Positions 8,407-19,700 of a stretch of 64,000 bases of DNA are shown here, piece after piece; position 1 is the stretch's first letter, and each line of letters begins with the position of its first letter. The notes below the pieces were generated by a model. That model had not been told where the DNA came from. It saw nothing but the letters and a program-made list of their open reading frames with translations, and made no database searches. The stretch lies in IMG/VR virus record IMGVR_UViG_3300032308_001420, positions 11,685-75,684 of that record, one strand, 5' to 3'. The position numbers were made by a program, and so were the translations under genes. Source of the DNA: a virus (Duplodnaviria > Caudoviricetes).

Positions 8407-10701
8407 TTATCCTTCCAGGGCGTCAAGTCTTGATTTGATGGACTTTATGCTGGCATCTTGCTCTTGAATAATCTGTAGTAAAAATATAGGAAGAGTTTCG
8501 TAGGCAAAATAATCTGGCTGTCCCCCTGAGTCGTATTGAATTAATTCGTCAAGGCCCAGGTCTTGTGCTTCTTCAGCTATAAATCCGTACTGTTGAACTC
8601 CCGATTCATCATTTTTGTATTTAAATTTTTTAACTGGCAAGTTTAGAAGAGCTTCGGAATTAATTGAATAACTTTCTATTTGCTCTTTTTTCCTACGAGT
8701 CGAAGCAACATATCCGTAGAGCCCAGAGTCGCTGACACGCATAGCACGAGTTGTTCCGCCCATATCATTACTATAAGTTTTAAGTACACGAACATTTCCG
8801 CTTGAAGATAAAAACTCAAACAGTGAGCCAGTTACTCCAAATGTAGCAGATGCGCTTCCACGAAGGCTGCCTGTAATTTCCGTAGGTGCTTCTAAATAAA
8901 TTATGCTTCCAAGGACATCAACAACTCCAGTTAGTATGTCTGTCTGTAAATAAATAACCTTATCCGCAGAAATTTTTCCTCCAGAAATAGTTAATGTGTT
9001 ATTTGCATAAGCTCCTGCAGTGCCAGTAGTTGTAAGGGATCCAGATATAACTGCACCAGTTGCTGAAAGAATGCCTCCAGATGTAACTCCAAAATTACCG
9101 CTTGTTGTTGTAATTGTTCCATTAGAGGCAATGTCTAATGAGGTTGTATCTAGTGCACTTGCAGTAATTGTTCCAGATATTTCTGCACCTGTTGCAATCA
9201 ATTTGCCAGCAGCAGTTACTTCAAATCCTCCTGAATTTAAAATTCTTCCAGTATCAAAAATTGTAAGGTTGGTTGTGGTAATTGTTCCGTTGCTATTTAA
9301 TGTTAAATTACCTGAAGATAATGTTGAAGTTCCTATAGTCCATCCAGAAATTGTGCTTGAAGATAAGCCAAGTGTAAATCTACCAGATGCTGTTGATCCT
9401 CCATTTGCGCTGTGATAAATACCAAGTGAGGGGCTAATTATTATTGAGTTTCCAGTTGAAGACCCTGCTCTAATTACTCCGCTACTATCTAATTTAAATG
9501 TGCCGCCAGAATTTTGTATACCATCTGCAGCAATTGTAATTCCACCGATGCTTCCGCCAGATGCAGTTATTGTTCCACTAAATGATCCTGTAGCTGCAGA
9601 TAAACTTCCAGCAAACGTTCCAGTTGCTGCAGACAATGCGCCACTAAATGTTCCATCTCCAACCACGGTAAGCTTATCTCCATTATAGCTAAGGACTGGA
9701 TTTGAAACTCCGCCACTTCCATAAATAATAAATGGATCACCTGTTCCAGATAGTTTAATATGTTTTCCAGATGTGCTTCCAACTGTTATTGTTGAACCAG
9801 ATGACAATGTTCCTGTGGCAATTTTATCAGCATTTATTGTTACAATATCCCCACTTGTTACCTGACCAATTCTTACTGGATTTCCGCTTGCTGAAACTGC
9901 TGTTGATGTATCAGTGCCATTTGTAGTTGCAATTTTTACATAATAATCTACGCCATATGTTAAAGCAGTTCCATTTACAACTGTTCCTACACCGATGTTT
10001 AAAGTATTTTGTCCATTAGCAAAATTTAAAACATCTACTTGATTAGATGAAGATGGGGTAAATCCAGAAGAAGTACCCACATAAACTTTTGCAGCATCAA
10101 ACCCAAATGGCTGATCTCCTCCAGTTGAAGTTTTTCCATTCCAAGATAATTGAATTGCTCCAAGAACCGATGAAACTGTTGGTGTAGACGGTGTTACTGA
10201 GGATTCGGCAGCTGGTGCCGCAGAAGTTACGGTAACTGTTCTTGCTGTACTAAACAAAGATTCTGAACCGTTTACTGTTAATATTTTTAATTGAACTATG
10301 TATGTTCCAGCAACTGCTGCAAAAGTTTGTGTTCCAGCCTGCTTAAAAAATCCAGCAGGCTTTGTTCCATCTCCAAATGTAGTTCCAGATATATGAACAT
10401 TTACTCTATCAAAATTAGATGCTGCTGCTGATAGGGCATTATTGCCATCCCATGTTACTTTAATAAACCCTGCTCCGCCAACAACATCTCCAGATCCCAA
10501 ATTAGGTTCTGATGGAATTGTTGCAAATTCGGTAACAAATGTTTTTACTGAACTCCATGCGCCCAATGTTCCATTTTTATTTTTCCATCTAAATTGAAGT
10601 GGGTATGCAGTTCCTAAATCTAAATCTGTAATGCTAACTAGAAAATAATTACCATCATCTTTGGACTCTGATACATCTTTCAGTAGATCTTGATATGACA
10701 T
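8407..10701 (-). CDS. Tail fibre/spike with FN3-like N-terminal domains and C-terminal intramolecular chaperone (peptidase S74)
   Basis: STRRKKEQI cleavage motif, YGFIAEE, terminal coiled coil; Gly/Ser/Thr beta-repeat shaft. Confidence 0.85.
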   Translation of the reverse strand: MSYQDLLKDVSESKDDGNYFLVSITDLDLGTAYPLQFRWKNKNGTLGAWSSVKTFVTEFATIPSEPNLGSGDVVGGAGFIKVTWDGNNALSAAASNFDRVNVHISGTTFGDGTKPAGFFKQAGTQTFAAVAGTYIVQLKILTVNGSESLFSTARTVTVTSAAPAAESSVTPSTPTVSSVLGAIQLSWNGKTSTGGDQPFGFDAAKVYVGTSSGFTPSSSNQVDVLNFANGQNTLNIGVGTVVNGTALTYGVDYYVKIATTNGTDTSTAVSASGNPVRIGQVTSGDIVTINADKIATGTLSSGSTITVGSTSGKHIKLSGTGDPFIIYGSGGVSNPVLSYNGDKLTVVGDGTFSGALSAATGTFAGSLSAATGSFSGTITASGGSIGGITIAADGIQNSGGTFKLDSSGVIRAGSSTGNSIIISPSLGIYHSANGGSTASGRFTLGLSSSTISGWTIGTSTLSSGNLTLNSNGTITTTNLTIFDTGRILNSGGFEVTAAGKLIATGAEISGTITASALDTTSLDIASNGTITTTSGNFGVTSGGILSATGAVISGSLTTTGTAGAYANNTLTISGGKISADKVIYLQTDILTGVVDVLGSIIYLEAPTEITGSLRGSASATFGVTGSLFEFLSSSGNVRVLKTYSNDMGGTTRAMRVSDSGLYGYVASTRRKKEQIESYSINSEALLNLPVKKFKYKNDESGVQQYGFIAEEAQDLGLDELIQYDSGGQPDYFAYETLPIFLLQIIQEQDASIKSIKSRLDALEG

Positions 10702-10702
10702 T

Positions 10703-11857
10703 TTAGAAATCCAAATCTAATCTATACTCTACGTCTACTGGTCTTCCAGCCAATTTTGATAATGGTAAGGCAAATACCGATCTACTAATTAATCCAAACT
10801 CTGGATCAAATGTATCTTCGTCGTTTATTCTTAATCCATCTGCGCCAATAGATGTTGTTGTCGATGAATTTGGAGTAACTATAATTCCTATTTGTGTAAT
10901 ATTTTTTTTATCTGGTGAATTTACTGAACCAGAAAAAATTGTACCTAGCGAAATGTCTGGGACAATCTTGTATCCTAACCCTGCTTGAGGAGTAATTGTA
11001 ATCTCATAATATTTAGTTGATGTATTATAAAACCTTAGCTTTATGCTGGATAAATTTGAATCTTCTTTATAGTAAGCAAAGGATATGGAGTCATTTACGC
11101 TATACCCAGAAAAATCTAACGGGTTTATATCTGAGATATATTCTCTTGCTGCCGTTCCATTTGAAGACATTGTTAAGAGATTTCCACCAATTTTATAATT
11201 TGATGTTGACACAGTCGGATTACTTAAAGATGAATCTGCCCATAGCAGCGCATCTGAAAAATCAGATATATACTGACTATCAAAATTATTTACAGATGTT
11301 CTTGTTGATGGATAAATTCCAACTTCTGAAATTTCTGCTACGACATCTTGAGGAATAGTTGTTTTATATATTACGGAATATGTTGAAATACCCCCAGATG
11401 TTTCTATATCTGTACTTCCAAACAATACTGGCAATCTATAAAATTCAAAACCTAGTCTTGTGTCATTTTCTGTTGCCTTTTTAAAAGACCGTCCAGAAGT
11501 TGATCCAGAAACAGCCGTTCCTGTTGCAGCATTGGTTACAGTAAATTGTGTTGTGCTTCTTGAAGCAACTGTAACATTTGTCAAGTTAAAAGCTGAAGTA
11601 GATAGCCCAGTAATGCTTACCACGTCTCCTACCGCAAAGTAGTTGTTTGCTGTGTATGTTACAGTTCCAGCTGATGCTGATGCTGCTGTAACCAAAGCTT
11701 CTTTTCTATCAATTCCAAAAGCCATATCCTTTTGTGTTGCAGTTATATTACCAGCAATAAAATTAGTTAAAAATCTTTTGCCAAACTTAGTAATAATATT
11801 GGATGAGCGGCAGATCTCCTTGCCATCTTGATAAAATACATATGTTCCTTTAATCAT
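10703..11857 (-). CDS. Minor tail protein
   Basis: NIITKFGKRFL N-terminus, ISEVGIY; lies in the tail module. Confidence 0.7.
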   Translation of the reverse strand: MIKGTYVFYQDGKEICRSSNIITKFGKRFLTNFIAGNITATQKDMAFGIDRKEALVTAASASAGTVTYTANNYFAVGDVVSITGLSTSAFNLTNVTVASRSTTQFTVTNAATGTAVSGSTSGRSFKKATENDTRLGFEFYRLPVLFGSTDIETSGGISTYSVIYKTTIPQDVVAEISEVGIYPSTRTSVNNFDSQYISDFSDALLWADSSLSNPTVSTSNYKIGGNLLTMSSNGTAAREYISDINPLDFSGYSVNDSISFAYYKEDSNLSSIKLRFYNTSTKYYEITITPQAGLGYKIVPDISLGTIFSGSVNSPDKKNITQIGIIVTPNSSTTTSIGADGLRINDEDTFDPEFGLISRSVFALPLSKLAGRPVDVEYRLDLDF

Positions 11858-12270
11858 AGCTTTTCGGAAGGATTATAAATCCTTGCGTCTACCCCCTCAA
11901 TATTTACTTTATCTTTACTTGTATTTGTTACCTTAATAACAATCTTTGCCTTTTCTACTTTAGTCACTGGGTCATAATATTTTGTAGAACTAAATAGCTC
12001 TATGTCAGTTAAATTAGGAACGTCTGGCAAATCTCTTTCTTCTACGGCAACTACGGCGGATGGATTTTCTATTGCTTCTCGTGTTCCTACTGATATAGGT
12101 GATCCAAATGATGCAGTTAGGTATCTACCGTATTGCACTTCATTAGATTTGGAAGTAATAATTGCATACGGATTAAACCAAATGGTGTCTGGGTGACCTT
12201 CTGGTAAAACAATTTTAGGGTTAGAAACAATTGCTTGTTCTGGAACTCTATTTGGATTTTCTGAAACCAT
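11854..12270 (-). CDS. Hypothetical minor tail protein
   Basis: Position; leaderless-type promoter directly upstream. Confidence 0.55.
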   Translation of the reverse strand: MVSENPNRVPEQAIVSNPKIVLPEGHPDTIWFNPYAIITSKSNEVQYGRYLTASFGSPISVGTREAIENPSAVVAVEERDLPDVPNLTDIELFSSTKYYDPVTKVEKAKIVIKVTNTSKDKVNIEGVDARIYNPSEKL

Positions 12271-12276
12271 TTTTTT

Positions 12277-12285
12277 ATTATACCA
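12277..12285 (-). promoter_or_regulatory. Extended -10 (TGGTATAAT) 6 nt upstream of ATG, leaderless type
   Basis: No SD; spacing puts the TSS at the start codon. Confidence 0.65.
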
Positions 12286-12294
12286 TTTAGTCGA

Positions 12295-14013
12295 CTATAA
12301 AGTTCGACATGTAACAGTAGTCTCCAATCCTTGATTAAATGAGTTAGTCACGCTTGTTACAATTAACTTTTCGGTTCCGTCAAAATCTTGGTATGGAGAA
12401 GAAACTGAAACTATATCTCCTACATTTAACATAGGGTTTCCAAATACGGTTAAGTTTACAATCTTTCCTCTATTTACAACTTTTTCTTTAATCCATGTTG
12501 CAAGTTCTTTTACTGCATCTAATGTTTGCAGCCATTTTGATTCAAAAACAATTGGTTCTTTTGGACCGTATGTAAAGTCTTCATCAGTTATATACTCAAG
12601 AGTTCCTGAGTCTCCAATTGTATTTCCAAACAGGTAGAATGAGGAACCAATTCCATCTGCTAGCGGTATTGTAGTTGAAGAATTATTTAGAACATACGCT
12701 TCCCCGCCAAAATTAGAATATTTTTGAGAAATAATTTTTGCTAATGGGTTGGCTCCAGTTGACCACCTTACTGGAACTGATGGCCTAGAATCAAATTTAA
12801 TTTCTCTTTTAATTATTTCTCTTACGGTTGTACCAAACTCTTCAAATGAGTTTAATTTTTTTGTAACTTCGTCATCGTCAGAATAGTTTAGATATTGATA
12901 ATCGCCATAAAGATTATTTAAGATATCATTTGAAAACTGCCCTTGATAAAAATTAATAGAATACTGTGAGTCCAAATATTCTTTTGATGTAATCTTTGAG
13001 GCAAACACATAGTCGAACATTGCTGTTCCTTTTGTACAGATTAGTGCTACTCTATTTGTTGGAGCTGCAGTTTTATAATCTCCAGCAGCCTTTTGTAAAC
13101 TTGCATTATCTGATGCAGTTATCTTAAATCCATTTATATATGCAGTTATATCTATATTGCTTTGATGGAACTTTACCTTTATATCAATATTGTATGTTTT
13201 ACCGCCATAAATTCCATCTAGGGTTGTATCTAATGATTTTTGGCTAGTACTTAAATCTCTAATCCCGCCATTATAAATTTTTACAATTCTTACTGTTTTA
13301 TTGTTAGAGCCAATTGATGCTGGGATAGTTTGAATTAATAAAGCATATCCTTCTTTATGAAACTCATCCATAAAAAACCCTATGCCAGCTCCCTGAATTG
13401 GATCTTCAAAAAGAGGAGTCATTTTTATGCTAGTTCCAAATGTAAAGTAACCTGGCTCTGAAGCATAAGAGCTTGCCAATATTGCACCAGTTCCTGGATT
13501 ATATGTCCATGTATTTGCAAACGCCTGCAATGCAGGAAAATCTTTACTAACAATTGTAGACTTCTTTGCTTCTGTATTTGTTAATTGTAAATAAGATTTA
13601 CCAACTTCAAGTTTTGCTGGATTTTTTGGGTCTGCTTTTATTCCAGAATTATTAACTGCAAAAACTTCCATATAGAATTTAGGCATTTCTGTTTTATTTC
13701 CAAATGCGGAAACATTGTAGGGAGTTATTGTAAAAACATAAATTCCTCCTTCTACTAAACCAGTAAGCGTTAAGGTATGTTCTTTTAATGCTGAGTTTAC
13801 AGAATAATCTGGATCTGTAATCAATGACCCAGATAAAGCGCCTGTCGCAAGATACCTCTGTCTTGTTACAACATATTTTGTAGCTGTTTGTTCTGCAGAA
13901 AGTCTAACTATTATTTGTACAGACGTTAAAGATACTTGTTTAATCTCTGGTCGAATTTGAAGTGTTGCTTCTTCAATTCCATCGATTAGCAATCTGTTTG
14001 ACCATGGTTGCAT
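12295..14013 (-). CDS. Minor tail protein (tail-tip C-terminal part; FN3 and lectin-like regions)
   Basis: C-terminal FGNPMLNVGDIVSV..IVTSVT hub-type motif; start at 14013 coupled by TAATG. Confidence 0.7.
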   Translation of the reverse strand: MQPWSNRLLIDGIEEATLQIRPEIKQVSLTSVQIIVRLSAEQTATKYVVTRQRYLATGALSGSLITDPDYSVNSALKEHTLTLTGLVEGGIYVFTITPYNVSAFGNKTEMPKFYMEVFAVNNSGIKADPKNPAKLEVGKSYLQLTNTEAKKSTIVSKDFPALQAFANTWTYNPGTGAILASSYASEPGYFTFGTSIKMTPLFEDPIQGAGIGFFMDEFHKEGYALLIQTIPASIGSNNKTVRIVKIYNGGIRDLSTSQKSLDTTLDGIYGGKTYNIDIKVKFHQSNIDITAYINGFKITASDNASLQKAAGDYKTAAPTNRVALICTKGTAMFDYVFASKITSKEYLDSQYSINFYQGQFSNDILNNLYGDYQYLNYSDDDEVTKKLNSFEEFGTTVREIIKREIKFDSRPSVPVRWSTGANPLAKIISQKYSNFGGEAYVLNNSSTTIPLADGIGSSFYLFGNTIGDSGTLEYITDEDFTYGPKEPIVFESKWLQTLDAVKELATWIKEKVVNRGKIVNLTVFGNPMLNVGDIVSVSSPYQDFDGTEKLIVTSVTNSFNQGLETTVTCRTL

Positions 14014-16250
14014 TATTCCCAGCTCACAATCCCAGTAGTCCAAACATTTGTATCTATTGAACTAACTGTTGGCTTATGTGATGCTGGCGTGGTGCCAAGG
14101 GCACCTCTTTTTTTAACACGATACTTTCCAGTAGGCTGAAAATATTTAGCTTCAGATCTTGCTAAATATCTATACTGATTTAAATCTGTTGAAGATTCAA
14201 TCCATACATTTTCTTCATCTACGCCAACAACACCATCTTTTGGTAAGTATCTATATTCAATTGCATCGAACTCTATTATCTCAGAGTTAATTAAAAAATA
14301 TCCATCAAAATTAAATACTGATTGAAGCTCACTATATTTATCTATTGTTGATAAATCTAAAACTAAGTTAGTATCTTCTGCTGGAGTGGTTGCTAAAATT
14401 TCATTCTTTAGTCCGCCTGCTGTTAAGTATGTTTCTGAAGACTGCCACAACGCAGCGCTTTGTCCTACATAACTTGAATTTGTTGGAGTGCTCCATAAAA
14501 CTCTGACCTGGTTTGCGGAGGGAATTTCTTTTTGAGACATAGAAATGATATTTGGAAGATTTGATCCTGAAGCGGAATCACGAAAATTCCATGATGAAGA
14601 TCTAGCTGTATCATATATATATTCTCTACTGTAAAACTGTAAAGTCCCATCGTCATCTATAAATGCATTCATTTGAATATCTCTACACAGCTCTTGTATA
14701 TATTCCCAAACTGTCTTGTTGCCGTCGGTCCACCAATAACTAATTACTGGAATAGACTTATCGTCTTCTTTTAAATTAAATTGATAATTAGTAAATCCAA
14801 CTGAATCAAGGAGTCTTCTTATAACCGCTGTTACTGGATAAAAATCACATAAAATATCTGGAGCAATTGTTTCCATTAATTGCTTAGCTCCATCTAAGGC
14901 AACTAAATTTAAATTTCCATATGAATCAATTGACCAGCTATCTATAAAATATACACCCTGATATTCTTTATCGTATTTATTTGGTGAAGTGCCCAAAGAT
15001 CCGTCTGTATGATAAATTATAAAGTAAGGCTTTATCTCTGCATTTTTAGTTAAATAAATTAAATCTGTAGGAGATGCAGGCCAACTTTCATCTCTATTGT
15101 ATGGAACTATTTGTAATGCATCTTGATTATACTTTACTGCAGAAATTTGAATACTGTTTGCTGTAACTTTTCCAATTGGCAAAATGTCTTGGGATGAGTC
15201 TGAAGATTCTTTTGTTACTGTCATATTAACTATATCTGATGATATGTCTTTTACCCATCTAGCTGATATCTCAATTACTCCAATATATTTTCCCCCGCCT
15301 GCATTTGTTGCTTCAAGTCTAATTGATTTTATTGCTTGTGGGGTAGAAAAAGAATATGGCTCTGAAATAGATGTAGCGTTCCAGTTGGTTCCATTCCAAT
15401 ATCTTTCTATTCTTCCACTAGATGGAGGTGCTGTATAGGTTGTAGTTATTGCAGCTCCAGATACTGGTGTAACAGTTATTCTGTACTGTGTTGGAAGAGA
15501 ATGATTTTTCTCAAACTGTACTACAATCTTGTTTGCATATGCAGGCTTTGTTGGCGTTGCAGTTCCAGAAGAATTAACAATTGTTGCCGTTGCTGATGCT
15601 CCAGTAACTGCTGTTCCAGTTGCTACATCTGATATTGTAAATGTTTTTTCCGTTGGTGTAGATTCAATAATTTTGTTTGATAGATTAAATGCACTTGTTG
15701 ATAATCCTGTTATTGTTACTCTATTGCCAGAAATAAAACCATGATTAGAACTTGTTTTATATACAACCTTCTTATTTCCATCTTGAGTTGTGCCAGCGGA
15801 ATATGCTTCAATTATTGTTGATGTACTCTGTACATACTTTACGGTAATATCTGCGTTATCATCTTTTGGTGTCACCCAATACTTATATGATGTAGATAGA
15901 CCTGGATAATAAACTCTTGGCTGTGTGTTTGGATATTCTACTGTTCTGAATCCAGAAAAGCTATTTAGCGGGGTATCAACAGAAGAAATAATATAATATT
16001 TAATTCCAGAAGAAAGAGGCCTAAATGGTTTAATTACTGAGTCTACTGGAAACAACTTTTTAAAAGGATTTATTTGAATTGGAGATGCTGTTCCAACTCC
16101 ATCTATATACTCTGAATCTGTAGATGCAGTTACAGCTGTAATATTGTTTAACATTGTATTCATATTATATTCAATTGTTGCGCCTACATTAATTGATATA
16201 GATGAATTTTGATAATAAACTGTTTGTAAATTTTCTGCAACTGTAGGCAC
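14013..16250 (-). CDS. Minor tail protein (baseplate hub/Tal-like)
   Basis: GVYFIDSWS..LVALDGAK..TVWEYIQELCRDIQMNAFIDDDGTLQF, typical of tail-tip hub proteins; second gene after the TMP. Confidence 0.72.
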   Translation of the reverse strand: MPTVAENLQTVYYQNSSISINVGATIEYNMNTMLNNITAVTASTDSEYIDGVGTASPIQINPFKKLFPVDSVIKPFRPLSSGIKYYIISSVDTPLNSFSGFRTVEYPNTQPRVYYPGLSTSYKYWVTPKDDNADITVKYVQSTSTIIEAYSAGTTQDGNKKVVYKTSSNHGFISGNRVTITGLSTSAFNLSNKIIESTPTEKTFTISDVATGTAVTGASATATIVNSSGTATPTKPAYANKIVVQFEKNHSLPTQYRITVTPVSGAAITTTYTAPPSSGRIERYWNGTNWNATSISEPYSFSTPQAIKSIRLEATNAGGGKYIGVIEISARWVKDISSDIVNMTVTKESSDSSQDILPIGKVTANSIQISAVKYNQDALQIVPYNRDESWPASPTDLIYLTKNAEIKPYFIIYHTDGSLGTSPNKYDKEYQGVYFIDSWSIDSYGNLNLVALDGAKQLMETIAPDILCDFYPVTAVIRRLLDSVGFTNYQFNLKEDDKSIPVISYWWTDGNKTVWEYIQELCRDIQMNAFIDDDGTLQFYSREYIYDTARSSSWNFRDSASGSNLPNIISMSQKEIPSANQVRVLWSTPTNSSYVGQSAALWQSSETYLTAGGLKNEILATTPAEDTNLVLDLSTIDKYSELQSVFNFDGYFLINSEIIEFDAIEYRYLPKDGVVGVDEENVWIESSTDLNQYRYLARSEAKYFQPTGKYRVKKRGALGTTPASHKPTVSSIDTNVWTTGIVSWE

Positions 16251-16251
16251 T

Positions 16252-16722
16252 TTATACCTCTTCCATTGAAATAGATATATTCCAGTGTGCTTGAATTCCT
16301 CGTTTAACTAAATTAAATGTGCAATCTGTAAATGATACAGTATGAGACTCATATCCAGAAGATGCTTGACCTACACCATTTTTTGCATAGTTAATTCTAA
16401 TTTCAAATACACCTTTTCCTAGTGTGCTTGCATAAAATGTTCTTAGGTCTTCCGCTCCCCAGTATCCGTCTGCTGTTTCAGTTCTATAGGATGGAACTAA
16501 ATCCCATGAAATACTGAAAGATTTTTTATCAGCAATAAAAAACTTTCTTAGTGTTCCGTTAGACATTCTCTGTGTTTGTTGAATTCTATTATGTCCTACT
16601 GTAAATGGGCCACGATTATGGTCTGTAACGGTATTCCATTTTGTTGTTCCATCTCCGCCATTTGCAGAAGCATCTACGCCGTAGATTTGAAGGAGGGCTC
16701 CCCTAGGTAAAGTAATAGCCAT
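16252..16722 (-). CDS. Distal tail (Dit-like) protein
   Basis: QRMSNGTLRKFFIADKKSFSISW..ISMEEV; directly after the TMP. Confidence 0.7.
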   Translation of the reverse strand: MAITLPRGALLQIYGVDASANGGDGTTKWNTVTDHNRGPFTVGHNRIQQTQRMSNGTLRKFFIADKKSFSISWDLVPSYRTETADGYWGAEDLRTFYASTLGKGVFEIRINYAKNGVGQASSGYESHTVSFTDCTFNLVKRGIQAHWNISISMEEV

Positions 16723-19700
16723 TAGTTTCTTCTTCCCACTCCAGTCATTGCTGCTCTCATTACATTCTTTTGATCAAGCATGTCTACAACCATTGTTGCA
16801 ATCATTTTTTCATCTTGTCCTGGTTGTGCATTCACAACAAATCCACCAACATCATAGTGGTGAACTGCTCCACCTTTATTATATCCTGGAATTTGATTTT
16901 TGCCAAGGGATACTGTATTTGTAGGAATATTGTATCTTGGTCCTACTGCTCCACCCATTGCATAAGCTGGAACACTCATATTAGAATAACTAGATGGATT
17001 TACATACCCACCTCTTGCAAAACCAAGACCCAGCTCTTCCAATATAGTTCCCTTTGGCTTATTAAGTGCAATCCACTTTGCCGTGTCTATTGAAATATCG
17101 CCAGTTTGACCAGCATTAATTCTTGGCATAATTGATCCAGTCATGCCAGATTTATTCATAAGAGGTCCTAGATTTTCTCCAGCTCCCATAAATCCTTCTT
17201 TGCTAAGCAAGCTCCATAAACCATAATTTTGTCTCTTTAAATCTTTTGAAAAATCCAAATACTTACCGAAAGGTATTTTTGTTATCTTATTAACAGAGCC
17301 ATATGACTCTCCCCATTGCCCAGGAACATTATATCCGCCAGCATATAAATCAGCTTCTGCCTTTGAGCTTGTTCCATAGAATCCCATTCCATAATAAGGA
17401 TCACGAGCATAATCTCCAGATAAATCTGTGACTCCACTAAATGGTCCATCAGAGTTTTGTCCTAGGTCGGCAGACCCATGGAACATTCCCTTCTTAACCA
17501 TTTTCTTAGCTTTAAAATAATTCATATATTGATTAAATAAATTAATTGGCTTATATGCCAGATCTTTGCTCTTTGATAAAATTCCAGCAAGCTTACCTAT
17601 TAGGCCCCCGCCTGCATATTTACGAACTGGTCCGCCCATCGCATAATCTGATGTGTCTCCATAGTTAGTTTTTTTATACCAATCTGCGTCTGCAGAAATT
17701 TTAGGAATATCTTCATCCCATCCTACTATTTTTTTAGAAGACAATCTACTCTCAATTGCTGTTTTAACATTTTCTATATATTGCTTATACAGCTTTATTG
17801 GCATTGAATCTGCTGAGTAACCAGATGCGCTTAACATTTCTATTAAATCGCTATCTTTTATACCAGACAATGTTGACTGTGCTCTCTGAAGACCCTCTAA
17901 ATATGCATCTCTTTCAGATTCTGGTAAGTATGAAAGCCCTTGATAGTATCTATTTTTTAGCCTATCAATAGATTTTTGTTGATCTCCAAATATATCTAAT
18001 GAATGCTTGGAGTCTCCAATTCTGCCAAAATCAATAGCGCCAGCTTTTTTACCTATTGGATTTATAATTAAATTTCCGCCATGTGCATCTGAGTATCCAA
18101 GTGCATCTAATATTGCATTTCTATAAGATCTTTCAGAAGTCATTCCAAGAGCAGCAAATGTTCTTGTGGGCAATGCGCTGACATTTTCTAGTGGCTTAAA
18201 TGCACTCCAAAACATTGGATCTTTTGATAGCTTTTCAACTATAATCTTTTCTGTAATAGAACCCTTAGATATCTCATCTACTGATTTGCTAAATATTCCA
18301 AGGTTGTGTGGGAAGGAATAAGGTGTTTTGTAGGGCTTTATTACTGGAGCAACCAGGCCAGCCTTGCCTGCAAAAATAGAGCCAAATATTTCTCGTCTTA
18401 CTTCATCTGGAGTTATTTCGTTTAAAGACTTAAGATATCCAGTATCGCCAGACTTTATATGCTCTACAAGCTGTGTAATATTTAATGATGCTGGAACATT
18501 GGATTCTAGTGTTTTAAATTCTGTATAGTCAAGTAATTCTGGAAACTTTATTACATCATTTATATCTTTTGTTGTTTTACCCATTTTAATTTTAATGGGA
18601 GATGAAGCAGCTGCAGATGCTGCTTTGCTTATTCCACCTATTTTACTTCCTAAACCCGCTCCCATAAAATTGAGTGGCAGCATTGCTGCAGATAGTGAAT
18701 CGCCTTTTCTGCCTTGTCCAGCAATTTTTCTTAGTAGTGCTGCTGTTCCAAATGTTTCTGCACCTGGCATTCCGCTAAGGCTAGATACATATCTTTGGAA
18801 CCAATTTTGTTTTTTAGCTGGGCTAGAAGAACCAAATGATGACATTCCCATTGCATGTGGAGCAGAACTTACCATGCCACCATCTGCAAAACCAAATGGC
18901 CAAACATTTTTTACTAGTTTTAATGTTTTTGGTGCGTCACCAAACATCTGTCCATATACTTTTGCTGGTAAAGAGTAAATTTCAGGTAATGATTCTAATA
19001 AATCTTTGCCACTTAATAACTGTGGAAACTCCATGCTTCCCTGTGCCTTGCTATTTCTTACAGCACCTTCACCTAAGAAATTTGTAAGCTGGGATATTTT
19101 TTTATCAATTCCAAACATTGGCAATTCTTCGCCAAGTTTTGCTGATCCTATCATTGCGCTATATAAAGCGGCTATATGTGGATTAGTAGAAAAATAAGTT
19201 GAAAGATCTCTTTCTCCAGTTCTCCAAGCGCTACCTGCGGTGTTTCTTACACCCTTAAATAATTTAATAACGTCATCTGGAAGCAAGTCATAAAATTCTT
19301 TTGCATAGTATTCATTAAATTTTCCTACATCAGAAAAATCAATTTTTGGATATTTAGCCTTTAGTAATGCTTCTCTTTGCGCCTGGACAAGTTCCCAAGC
19401 ACCAGCACCTGCTTTGCTTAGACTTCCTTCCTGTATCCATCCTTTGAGCGCTTCCTTTGCTGAGCTTGGGCTAAAGGTAATTCCAGTTTCTGGAATTTTG
19501 ATTGAAGATGGATCTAACTTTGATAAATCTTGTACAGCCTTGGCATCAATGTCTGCCATACCGAAGGATTTCATTTCAGGGGTAAGTTTTGATATAGCTC
19601 CTGGTACCTTTGCTGCGCCCCGTCCAACTCCTCCAAGTGGCAGTAGTGCTGCAGATAAGTAGTCTAATTTATTTCCAGTTCCAGAAAATACATTTGCAAC

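Noticed and set aside
13980-14050. Possible frameshift or split between the two large minor tail genes
   Set aside because: A TAATG stop-start overlap at 14011-14015 explains the junction; no slippery site is evident
16252-16722. Immunity gene for the TMP toxin-like domains
   Set aside because: The downstream gene looks like a standard distal tail protein, so a classical toxin-immunity pair is not supported
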